DNA of 64,000 bases from Anaeramoeba ignava BMAN (Eukaryota > Protista > Anaeramoebae), in NCBI GenBank assembly GCA_028826165.1, contig JAPDFW010000068.1:186001-250000 (forward strand), read 5' to 3'. This document shows positions 13,690 to 24,957 of this stretch, piece by piece. The notes beneath the pieces were generated by a model, which did not search any database, was not told the origin of the DNA, and was given only the letters and a program-made list of their open reading frames with translations. Made by a program: the position numbers and the translations under genes. Position 1 is the first letter of the stretch; every line of letters starts with the position of its first letter.

Positions 13690-16493
13690 ATGATAGAAAA
13701 AGAAGCAAAAAATTTCCTTATAAATTTTGCCAATCAAACTGTTCCCATTCAAATTAAATCAAACTTATCTAATTTTATAGCACTTACAACTGGAGACAAA
13801 GAAGAATATTCAAAATTACATCAATCCAAATTAGAACTTCATAAAATTTATTCAAATCCAGAAACGTTTGAAATTATGAAGAAATTTAAAGAATCAAAAG
13901 AGATTTCTGATTCAATGATTAAAAGAGAAATTGAGGTTCTTTATCCAGAATTTGTTGAAAATCAAGGTTCAAAATTAAAAGAAGAGATTTTAACAATTGA
14001 GACTGAAATTCAAGAAGTTTTTTCGAAGTTTCGAGTTAATTTTAAAGGGAAAGAGATTAATGATAATGAAGTTGATAAAATTTTGATTGAATCTATTGAT
14101 AATAAGGAGTTAGAAGATGTATGGTTTGCAAGTAAACAAATTGGAGGAAGAGTTGCACCTACTGTTTTGAAGCTTGTTAAATTACGGAATAAATTAGCGA
14201 ATGAATTAGGTGAATTAATAATATTAATTTTATAAATTTGATTATAAATGAATTTTATAAATCAATATTATAAATGAATATTATAATTGAATATTATAAA
14301 TGAATATTATAAATTGAATTTTATAATTGAATATTATAAATCAATTTTATAAATGAATATTATAAATTAATATTATAAATTCAATATTATAAATGAATAT
14401 TATAAATGAATATTATAAATTAATATTATTAATTGATTCTATAAATGAATATTATTAATGAATATTTTAAATGAATATTATAAATGAATATTATTAATTA
14501 ATATTATAAATTGAATATTATAAATGAATTTTATAAATGAATATTATAAATTAATATTATAAAAATGAATATTATTAATGAATATTATAAATGAATTTTA
14601 TAAATGAATATTATAAATTGAATATTTTAAATGAATTTTATAAATGAATATTATAAATGAATATTATAAATGAATATTATAAATGAATATTATAAATGAA
14701 TATTATAAATGAATATTATAAATTAATATTATTAATTAATATTATAAATGAATATTATAAATGAATTTTATAAATGAATATTATTAATGAATATTGCAAA
14801 TGAATATTATAAATGAATATTATAAATGAATTTTATAAATTAATATTATAAATGAATATTATAAATTAATATTATAAATTAATATTATAAATGAATATTA
14901 TAAATGAATATTATAAATGAATATTATAAATGAATTTTTATAAATGAATATTATAAAATGAATATTATAAATGAATATTATAATTGAATATTTTAAATGA
15001 ATTTTATAAATGAATATTATTAATGAATATTATAAATGAATATTATAAATGAATATTATAAATGAATATTATAAATGAATATTATTAATGAATATTATAA
15101 ATTAATATTATTAATGAATATTATTAATGAATATTATAAATGAATATTATAAATGAATATTATAAATGAATATTATTAATGAATATTATAAATTAATATT
15201 ATAAATCAATATTATAAATGAATATTATAAATGAATATTATTAATGAATATTATAAATGAATATTATAAATGAATATTATAAATTGAATATTATAAATGA
15301 ATATTATTAATGAATATTATAAATCAATTTTATAAATGAATATTATAAATGAATATTATAAATGAATATTATAAATTAATTAATTTTATATCAATTTTGA
15401 ATACTCAAAAGGTTTCGAGAATTATTACAAAATGGCAATGCAACTTTCAGAACAAGATCCAAATCACATCAATAAAATTTTTGATGAATTAGAAAAACTA
15501 ACAACTCCAAACTTTAAAAAACAAAAAGAACAAATTGATAATTTTTGCTCAACAAAATACAACATAAAAAAAGAAGAATTAATGGTTTGGCATTATCAAA
15601 ACAGATTTTTCCAAGCTCCACCACAAATCCATAACGAAGACATGAATAAATACTTCACAGACAAAGATATTGTTGAGATCACAAAGAATTTCTATTCAAA
15701 TAATTACGATCCAAAAAGTGTCAAAGAAATATTTGAAAAGAGTAGTCTTTTCCCAAAAGAAAACAAGTACCAACATGCATGTTGTTTAAGTATCGATAAC
15801 GGAATTGATACTCGAGTTATTTGCAATGTTGTTCCAAATTATTACTGGTTCTCAACACTTATTCATGAATTTGCACATGCAATGACTTGCAAATTTGTCG
15901 AAGAATCACTTCCTTGGATTCTTCGCACTTACAATCACTTGATCACAACTGAAGCTGTTGCACTTCTTTATGAAGATCTTGCAAGCAATGCAAATTTTCT
16001 AGTTGGAATTGGAATTCTTCCTAAAAATGAGGAAAAAAAAACAGGCGTTATTTTGGATCAAATAAGAAAACTTAAACAAGTTGTTTTTGCTCAATTTTCT
16101 CAAGTTATGTTTAGATTCGAACAAGAATTATATCAAAAAGAATTAACTGAAAAAGAAGCAAATATTTTATGGTGGAATCTTGTTGAGAAATATCAATTAC
16201 TCAAAAAACCTCCTAATTATGAAAATGTTTGTGGTTGGGCTTCTAAAATTCATCTTGCGCTTAATCCTTGTTATTATCATTTCTATTTGATTGGTTTTCT
16301 TATTCAATCTCAACTCAAAGATTTTATTCTTTCTAATTTTGGAAATAATTGGATTGAAAATTTGAAAATTTCCGATTATTTAATCCAGAATGTTATTCGT
16401 CCTGGGAAAACAATTTCTTGGTTAGAATTGGTTAAGAAAGCAACAGGAAAAGAATTATCATCTGAAAGTTATATCAAAGAATATCTTAATTAA
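13690..16493 (+). CDS. Gluzincin metallopeptidase, M2/M3 family (bacterial peptidyl-dipeptidase/oligopeptidase-like); exons 13690-14209, 15412-16493
   Basis: A phase-1 GT-AG intron (14210-15411) joins ...LRNKLANELG-FENYYKMAM. HEFAH zinc motif plus downstream TTEAVA glutamate; WASKIH...YYHFY. Confidence 0.85.
14230..15380. repeat. Intronic 13-mer minisatellite (ATAAATGAATATT)n, about 1.15 kb
   Basis: Directly visible tandem array. Confidence 0.95.
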
Positions 16494-16549
16494 TTTTTTC
16501 ACAATATTTTCCATTTCTTTTATGAATGATTTCAATAAAAGTTTTCTCT

Positions 16550-16885
16550 TCTTAATTTTGATTTAATTTTGATTTAATTTTAATTAAATTTTGATTTAAT
16601 TTTAATTAAATTTTGATTTAATTTTGATTTAATTTTGATTTAATTTTGATTTAATTTTGATTAAATTTTGATTTAATTTTGATTAAATTTAGATTTAATT
16701 TTGATTAAATTTTGATTTAATTTTGATTTAATTTTGATTTAATTTTGATTTAATTTTGATTAAATTTTGATTAAATTTTGATTAAATTTTGATTTAATTT
16801 TAATTTAATTTTGATTAAATTTTGATTAAATTTTAATTTAATTTTGATTTAATATTGATTTAATTTTGATTTAATTTTGATTTAA
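16550..16885. repeat. (GATTTAATTTT)n 11-mer array
   Basis: Directly visible intergenic array. Confidence 0.9.
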
Positions 16886-17033
16886 TTCGCTTTTCTTCTC
16901 CTTTTCTTTTCAATTTCAATTTCTTCTCCTTTTTTTTTCTTTTTTTAAATGTTATCTTTTAAGAAAAAACAAAAAGAAAAAAAAAAAAGCAAAAAATTTT
17001 TTACATTTTTTTTTCATTTTTCAAAATTAACAA

Positions 17034-19971
17034 ATGTTAAAAATAAAAACAACAAATTCCTTAGTGACCCCATTGCTAACGGATAAATATCAGTTAACAA
17101 TGGCATATGCATATTGGAAATCAGAAAAGCAAAATCAAGATGCAGTATTTGATTTATTTTTTCGAAAAAACCCATTCAAAGGAGAATTTACAGTATTTGG
17201 AGGATTAGACGAAGTTATCAAATTCTTGCACAACTTTAAATTCCAACAAGATGATATTGATTATCTTAAAACAACAATGCCAAATTGCGAACAAGGTTTC
17301 TTTGATTATCTCCTTTCTTTAGACGCTTCAAAAGTCAAACTTTTTGCTATTGATCACGGTACAATTTGCTTTCCAAAAATTCCGTTAGTTCGTGTTCAAG
17401 GTCCTCTTGCTGTTGTTCAACTTTTGGAAACTCCCCTTTTAAATCTTATTAATTATCCAAGTTTGATGGCTACTAATGCTGCTAGATTTAAACTTGCTAG
17501 TGGTCCTAAAGTTACTTTGTTGGAATTCGGTTGCAGAAGAGCTCAAGGTTTGTTTTCTTAATATAAGTCAATTTTATATCAATTTTAAATCGATTTTATA
17601 TTAATTTTATATCAATTTTAAATCAATTTTATATTAATTTTAAATCAATTTTATATCAATTTTATATCAATTTTAAATCAATTTTATATCAATTTTATAT
17701 CAATTTTAAATCAATTTTATATCAATTTTATATCAATTTTATATCAATTTTATATCAATTTTATATTAATTTTAAATCAATTTTATTTCAATTTTATATT
17801 AATTTTAAATCAATTTTAAATCAATTTTATATTAATTTTATTTCAATTTTATTTCAATTTTATTTCAATTTTAAATCAATTTTATATCAATTTTAAATCA
17901 ATTTTAAATTAATTTTAAATTAATTTTATTTCAATTTTAAATCAATTTTAAATCAATTTTATATCAATTTTATATTAATTTTATATTAATTTTATTTCAA
18001 TTTTATTTCAATTTTATTTCAATTTTATATTAATTTTATATTAATTTTATATCAATTTTATTTCAATTTTATATCAATTTTATATTAATTTTATATCAAT
18101 TTTAAATCAATTTTATATCAATTTTAAATCAATTTTAAATCAATTTTATATCAATTTTAAATCAATTTTAAATCAATTTTAAATCAATTTTAAATCAATT
18201 TTAAATCAATTTTAAATCAATTTTATATCAATTTTAAATCAATTTTAAATCAATTTTATATCAATTTTAATCCAATTTTAAATTAAATTTTAAATCAATT
18301 TTATATCAATTTTATTTCAATTTTATATCAATTTTATATCAATTTTAAATCAATTTTAAATCAATTTTAAATCAATTTTATATTAATTTTATATCAATTT
18401 TAAATCAATTTTAATTCAATTTTAAATCAATTTTAAATCAATTTTAAATTAATTTTATTTCAATTTTAAATCAATTTTAAATCAATTTTATATCAATTTT
18501 AAATTAATTTTATATTAATTTTAAATCAATATTAATTAAATTTTAAATAGGACCTGATGGTGCAATTTCTGCTTCTAAATATAGTTTTGTTGGAGGTTTT
18601 GATGCAACAAGTCATGTTGAAGCAGGAAAACTTTTTGGAATTCCAATTCAAGGAACTCATGCTCATTCATTTGTTTCTTCATATATGGACTTTTCTGATA
18701 TTAAAAATCCAACTTTAAAAGATTCTAAAGGAGAAAAAGAAGGTTTGCAAAAATAAAATATTTAAATCAAATTAAATCAAATTAAAATATTTAAATCAAA
18801 TCAATTCAATTCAAATTAAATTAAATCAAATAAAATATTTGAATTAAATTAAATCAATTTAAAATATTTGAATTAAATCAAAATTAAATCAAAATTAAAT
18901 TAAAATTAAATTAATTTAAAATAATTAAATCAAATTAAATCAAATTAAATCAAAATAATTAAATCAATTCAATTCAAATAAAATTAAATTAAATCAAATC
19001 AATTCAATTCAAATTAAATGAAAATATTTAATTTAAATTAAATTAAATTCAAATCAATTTGAAAAAAAAAAGTCAATTTTGTCGAATTCACACTTGAAGC
19101 AAGAAAAGAAACAGGATATTTAAACACAAACGATTCTGAATTAGCAGCATTTATTGGATATGCACTATCATTTCCCGATGGATTCCTAGCATTAGTGGAC
19201 ACATATGATACACTTTTAAGCGGAGTACCAAATTTCTTAACAGTAGCATATTCACTGCACAAATTAGGATACAAATCAGTTGGAATCCGTTTAGATTCTG
19301 GAGATCTAGCAGAACTTTCGAAACAATCAAGAAAAATGTTTACTGAATGTGGAGAAAAATTTGGAGTTGATTATTTCAAAGATTTTCGGATTGTTGCCAG
19401 TAACGACATTAACGAACCTGCTATTCATAAATTGAATGCAAATAATCACGAAATCAACGTGTTTGGAATCGGTACTCATTTGGTTACTTGCCAAGCACAA
19501 CCTGCTTTGGGATGTGTTTTCAAGCTCGTAGAAATTGATGGAGTTCCAAGAATTAAATTATCAAACGAATTGATTAAAATCACAATTCCAGGAAAAAAAG
19601 AAGCTTACCGACTTTTTGGAAAGGATAATCAACCGCTTCTTGATGTTTTAGTTAAAACTGATTCTGAACAGATTCCTAAAGTTGGAGAGAGATTTTTATG
19701 CAGAGATCCTGCAATTGAATCAAAAAGAATGGTTGTTACTCCTTCAAAAGTTGTTCCTCTTCATTCTTGCTATTGGGATGGTAAGCAAGTTAAGGATGTT
19801 CCTTCTCTTGCTGAGACTAGAAAGTTTGTTCTTCAACAATTGGAAAATATTAATCCTGTTCATCTTGATTTGTTAAAGCCTAAACAATATCCTGTTACTT
19901 TGAGTGATGAACTTTATCATTTCCTTCATGATCTTTGGTTGAAAGAACAACCACCTATTGAGCTTAAATAA
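17034..19971 (+). CDS. NAPRT: Nicotinate phosphoribosyltransferase; exons 17034-17547, 18551-18742, 19073-19971
   Basis: [15 protein letters not shown]; EFGCRRAQ|GPDG across intron 17548-18550; GTHAHSFV; LVDTYDTL; GIRLDSGDL; [10 protein letters not shown]. Confidence 0.95.
17570..18540. repeat. Intronic 11-mer minisatellite (ATCAATTTTAT/ATCAATTTTAA)n, about 1 kb
   Basis: Directly visible array in NAPRT intron 1. Confidence 0.95.
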
Positions 19972-20534
19972 TTTTCCATTCCAAAAATTCAAAATCAAAA
20001 TCAAAATTAAAATTGAAATCAAAATCAAAATTAAAATCAATTTTAAAATTAAAATCCAATTCAAAATTAAAATTAAATCCAAAATCAAAATTAAAATTAA
20101 AATTAAAATTAAAATTAAATTCAAAATCAAAATTAAAATCTAATTTAAAATCAAAATTAAAATTAAAATTAAAATCAAAATCAAAATTAAAATTAAATTT
20201 AAAATTAAAATTAAATTAAATTAAAATTTTGCTTTTTTTTAATAAGGGAAAGAAAAGAAAAAAATTTTTTTAATTAATTAATTAAAAGAAAAGAAAAAAT
20301 TTTTTTTTATTTCAAATTTTTTTTTTCATTTTTCTTTTTGTTTCTTTTAATTAATTAATTAATTAATTTTTATTTTTAATTTTAATTTAAAAAAAAAAAG
20401 AAAAAAAAATTTTTTTTTAACAACTTGTTACAAAAAAAAAAAACAAAAACTGTTGTTTATTCAATTGATTTGATTTATTCAATTTATTTTATTTCAATAT
20501 AATTTATTTAAATAATAAAAATAATAAATTTAAA

Positions 20535-23500
20535 ATGGGAGGTTGTTCATCAAAAAAGAAAAACCCAATTGAAAACTTAGGATTTGTTGGAATGAAACTA
20601 GACAAAGTGCCAGGAATCATAAAATTATGTTATCAATTAAACTCATTAGATTTAAGCGACAACAAAATCAAAAAACTGCCTAATGCTTTAGTGGAACAGG
20701 ATTCAATTACGAATTTCACGTGGAAAAGCAACAAATTGAAGAAAATTCCAAATAATTTATTTGACATGAAAAATATTCAATATTTGGATTTAAGTATGAA
20801 CAAAATTGAATCGATCCCGGACAAAATACAGAAACTCACAAAGCTCATAGAACTTGACTTGCACGAGAATTCCATTCGTTCGTTTCCCGAACTCAGCTTT
20901 GGCTATTTGTCGTCTTTAAGAAAACTGAACGTCTCGCGGAACTGCATTGAGAAAATACCGGAATGTTTTCAAAATTTAAATAGTCTTCGCGAACTTGATT
21001 TAAGTGGGAATTATTTGTGGATCGTCCCAATGCACTTCTCAAGACTAACTGCCCTGGAGGTTCTTAACGTCTCCCACAACACCATAAAATCCCTTGAAAT
21101 TGGAACCGGTTTAGAAGGTCTTGTTTCGTTAAATCGGTTTGATTTTTCATTCAACTTAATCGATAGTATTCCGGAATCGATTGCTCATTTGCATAATATA
21201 AGAGTCATACTTGGCGAATCGAACAATATATCGATCATAAACAATGAGTTTGGAAACTTGCAGAACTTATCACAGCTTTCTTTGGAAAAAAACAAGTTAC
21301 GAGCTTTACCTGAAAATTTCGAAAATTTAAATTCTTGTCTTTTGGAACTAAATTTGAGATCCAATGAATTCACTATTATTCCCGATGTTATTAATAATCT
21401 TTCTTCTCTCCAGCTCCTGATTCTTTCTCACAACGCCATTTCCACTTTTAGTCTTCATCTTCCAAAACTATTTGAACTCGACTTGGCATATAACAATTTG
21501 GAATTTTTCTCCGATAACGCTTTTGCGGATCTGGGACTTCTTTCCAAAATCAATTTATCGAACAATCTTATTCGAGGGTTGCCACCATCAATCTCCGAAA
21601 TGGCAAACTTGATTATTTTGAATTTATCAGGAAACCAACTTGAGACACTACCAAAAGAAATCGGATTTCTCACAAGTTTGGCCGAATTGGATCTTTCTTG
21701 CAATCAACTACGCGTTCTTCCTGAAGAGATTGGCAAGCTTGATTCAGTTTACAAGATGATTCTGAACAACAACAAACTCTCATCACTTCCAGAATCCTTC
21801 TCAGAAATCAAAAGCTTGAGCGCACTTAATATTTCTTCAAATTTGTTCACTTCGATTCCTTCATCTGTTTTCTCACTTCCAAGACTACAGAAGCTATATG
21901 CCTCTCACTGCCGCTTGCGTATCGTTCCTTCAAACTTCATGCTCTTAATGACTCTTAAAGAAATCAATCTCAGTGACAATAGAATCATGTTCGTTTCTCC
22001 ATTAGTTGGAAGTATGCGATCCCTGTCAGAAATCAATCTTAGTAATAATAAAATTACCGAAATTCCTGACGCATTTTTTGAACACGGTTCATCCTCAAAA
22101 ACTTCCTTGACAAAAATAGATCTATCTCACAATAAAATCGAAAAATTTAATCCTTTATGGTTCAATTTGGTAAACTTGCAAGAACTTGATCTTTCTCATA
22201 ATAAAATCTCAGAAATTCCATCCGAAGGTTTTGAAAACTTCCACAATCTCGAATCACTCAAACTTTCCTTCAATAATTGCATGAATTTAGACTTATCATC
22301 TGCCAAGAAAATTGCAAAACTTCAATTTTTACATTTAGAAGGAAATTCACTTTCTTCCTCATTTGAGAATCTTCTCATAAAAATATCCTCCAAAAACCCC
22401 CAGCAATCTACATATAAACGAACAAACGAAAAGCCTGAAGTTCTCATACCTCGTCTCTATACACAGCGTTCACGCGCTTTGATTTCAACAGGAAATACGC
22501 CACCTTCGTTTGATTTCCCTAATATAAAAGAAATTCTTATTAATCCCCAAAATTTTACTTCTTTTGCAAGAAATATTTTTTGGAAAAGTTCCCGTTTCAA
22601 TATCGGTTATTGTGAAACAAAAGGAAGAAGAATATCAATGGAGGATAGTGTTGATATTCGTGGAAATTTCGCAAATTTTTCAAATGTTGATTTTTTTGCT
22701 GTTTATGATGGTCATAAAGGTAGATTTACTGCTGATTTTCTTGCTGCTGTTTTTTCTGATTTGTTTAAGGAAAAATTACTTAAATTATTTCCTTCTTTGA
22801 AAAAAAATACTACTTCATTTGATTATTCGAAAGTGGATTTAAAAGAGGAAGAAGAATATGATAATATTTTATTATCGAATCAAAATGAAAATCAAAATGA
22901 AAATTTAAATGAAAATAATAATGAAAATCAAAATCAAAATCAAAATGAAAATCAAAATCATAATAATAATGAAAATCAAAATTTAAATGAAAATCAAAAT
23001 GAAAATCAAAATCATAATAATAATGAAAATCAAAATCAAAATCAAAATCAAAATCAAAATGAAAATCAAAATGAAAATTTAAATGAAAATAATAATGAAA
23101 ATAAAAATGAAAATGAAAATGAAAATCAAAATAATAATCAAAATAATAATCAAAATCAAAATAATAATGATAATGAAAATAAAAATAAAAATCAAAATCA
23201 AAATGAAAATCAAAATCAAAATGAAAATCAAAATCAAAATAATAATGAAGCATTGGAGCTCGATATTCAAGAAAACCCAAAAACAACATCCAATAACAAA
23301 AATCAATATCAAACATTACAACAAAAACTAACACTTCAAGAAGAAGAAAAATTTATACAATTACGACAAACATTTTATGAATTATATATTGAAATAAACA
23401 AAAAACTTGAAAAAATACAAACGGAAAGTGGAGCAACAGCAGTAACATGTTTAATAGTAGAAAACAAATGTTTCACAATAAACGTTGGGGATTCAAGAGC

Positions 23501-24449
23501 AGTTCTAAGCCGAGGAACAAAGGCGTATCGACTGTCATTTGATCACAAACCCAACGAACCCGAAGAGCAAGAAAGAATAAGAAAATTAGGAGGAATTGTG
23601 ACTCGAGATGGAAGAGTTAACGGAATAATTGGAGTTTCAAGATCAATCGGTGATTTTTCATTTCAACCGTTTGTTTCATGTGAACCTTATGGATTTTCTT
23701 TTGAAATTCAAGAAAATGATGACTATCTCATATTGGCTTGTGATGGTGTTTGGGATGTTCTTAGTGATCAAGAAGTGGTTGATATTGTGAATTCAATTAA
23801 AAATCCTTCAATCGCTGCTTTTTATCTTAGAAATATCGCTTTTTCAAAAGGAAGTAATGATAATATTTCTGTTGTTGTTGTTGATTTGAAACCAAAAAAA
23901 ACTCGTGATTATTTCAAACAAAATCAAGACTTGATTTCTCAACTCGAACTCAAAGAAGAACAACTTGCTCAACAAGAATATAAAAATGATCAAGAAAGTA
24001 CAAATTCTATTCAGTTACTTTCAAAAAAATTGTTTGAATCTTCTCCTGATCTTCAAGTTGATGAACAGAATAATGATAATCTTGATTTGAATTTTGGTGA
24101 TTTTCCCAAAAATAGCTTTATTACAAATCCTCGAAGAAGATATTATGATAAACCTCAATTTTTAAATTTAGATTTTGAAGAATATAATGATGAAAATAAT
24201 GAAAAAGATGAAAAAGATAAAAATGATGAAAATGAAAATAATGAAAATAATGAAAAAAATGATGAAAAAGAAAATAATGAAAAAGATGAAAATAATGAAA
24301 ATGATGAAAATAATGAAAATGATAAAAATAATGATGAAAATAATGAAAATGATGAAAATAATGAAAATAATGAAAATGATGAAAATAATGAAAATAATAA
24401 TGAAAATGATAAAAATGATAATAATGAAAAAGATGAAAATGAAAATTAA
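20535..24449 (+). CDS. LRR + PP2C (PPM) protein phosphatase with predicted N-myristoylation/palmitoylation signal and N/Q/E low-complexity tracts
   Basis: 1304-aa ORF starting MGGCSS, more than 20 LxxLxLxxNxL repeats, and a full PP2C motif set (RRISMED, VYDGHKG, NVGDSRAVL, DHKP, GVSRSIGD, LACDGVWD, GSNDNISV). Confidence 0.93.
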   Translation: MGGCSSKKKNPIENLGFVGMKLDKVPGIIKLCYQLNSLDLSDNKIKKLPNALVEQDSITNFTWKSNKLKKIPNNLFDMKNIQYLDLSMNKIESIPDKIQKLTKLIELDLHENSIRSFPELSFGYLSSLRKLNVSRNCIEKIPECFQNLNSLRELDLSGNYLWIVPMHFSRLTALEVLNVSHNTIKSLEIGTGLEGLVSLNRFDFSFNLIDSIPESIAHLHNIRVILGESNNISIINNEFGNLQNLSQLSLEKNKLRALPENFENLNSCLLELNLRSNEFTIIPDVINNLSSLQLLILSHNAISTFSLHLPKLFELDLAYNNLEFFSDNAFADLGLLSKINLSNNLIRGLPPSISEMANLIILNLSGNQLETLPKEIGFLTSLAELDLSCNQLRVLPEEIGKLDSVYKMILNNNKLSSLPESFSEIKSLSALNISSNLFTSIPSSVFSLPRLQKLYASHCRLRIVPSNFMLLMTLKEINLSDNRIMFVSPLVGSMRSLSEINLSNNKITEIPDAFFEHGSSSKTSLTKIDLSHNKIEKFNPLWFNLVNLQELDLSHNKISEIPSEGFENFHNLESLKLSFNNCMNLDLSSAKKIAKLQFLHLEGNSLSSSFENLLIKISSKNPQQSTYKRTNEKPEVLIPRLYTQRSRALISTGNTPPSFDFPNIKEILINPQNFTSFARNIFWKSSRFNIGYCETKGRRISMEDSVDIRGNFANFSNVDFFAVYDGHKGRFTADFLAAVFSDLFKEKLLKLFPSLKKNTTSFDYSKVDLKEEEEYDNILLSNQNENQNENLNENNNENQNQNQNENQNHNNNENQNLNENQNENQNHNNNENQNQNQNQNQNENQNENLNENNNENKNENENENQNNNQNNNQNQNNNDNENKNKNQNQNENQNQNENQNQNNNEALELDIQENPKTTSNNKNQYQTLQQKLTLQEEEKFIQLRQTFYELYIEINKKLEKIQTESGATAVTCLIVENKCFTINVGDSRAVLSRGTKAYRLSFDHKPNEPEEQERIRKLGGIVTRDGRVNGIIGVSRSIGDFSFQPFVSCEPYGFSFEIQENDDYLILACDGVWDVLSDQEVVDIVNSIKNPSIAAFYLRNIAFSKGSNDNISVVVVDLKPKKTRDYFKQNQDLISQLELKEEQLAQQEYKNDQESTNSIQLLSKKLFESSPDLQVDEQNNDNLDLNFGDFPKNSFITNPRRRYYDKPQFLNLDFEEYNDENNEKDEKDKNDENENNENNEKNDEKENNEKDENNENDENNENDKNNDENNENDENNENNENDENNENNNENDKNDNNEKDENEN

Positions 24450-24719
24450 TCTCAAAAAATTAATAACTTCAAAATCTATTTCCATTTGATTACTTTGATA
24501 TTCTTATTTTATTTTCTTTTCTTTTTGTTTTTGTTTTTGTTTTTGTTTTTGTTGTTTTTGATTGAAGAAATTAATTGATTTTTAAATTAATTTTTTTTTT
24601 ATCAAAAATGAAAAAGAATGAAATGAAAAATTTAATTGATTTCTTTTCTTTTGTTTTGTTTTGGTTTTTATTCCTTTTAATTAATGATTTTCTTCTTAAA
24701 TTTGAAAAGAAAAAAAGAG

Positions 24720-24955
24720 ATTTTGAAATTGAATTAAATTGAATTAAATTGAATTAAATTTGGAAATTAAATTGAATTAAATTGAATTTAATTGAATTTA
24801 ATTGAATTTAATTGAATTAAATTGAATTTAATTGAATTTGGAAATTAAATTGGAAATTAAATTGAATTGAATTGAATTGAAATTGAATTGAAATTGAATT
24901 AAAAATTGAATTAAATTTGGAAATTGAATTGAATTGAATTGAAAATTGAATTGAA
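24720..24955. repeat. (AATTG/AATTA)n pentamer-based array
   Basis: Visible intergenic array. Confidence 0.85.
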
Positions 24956-24957
24956 AA

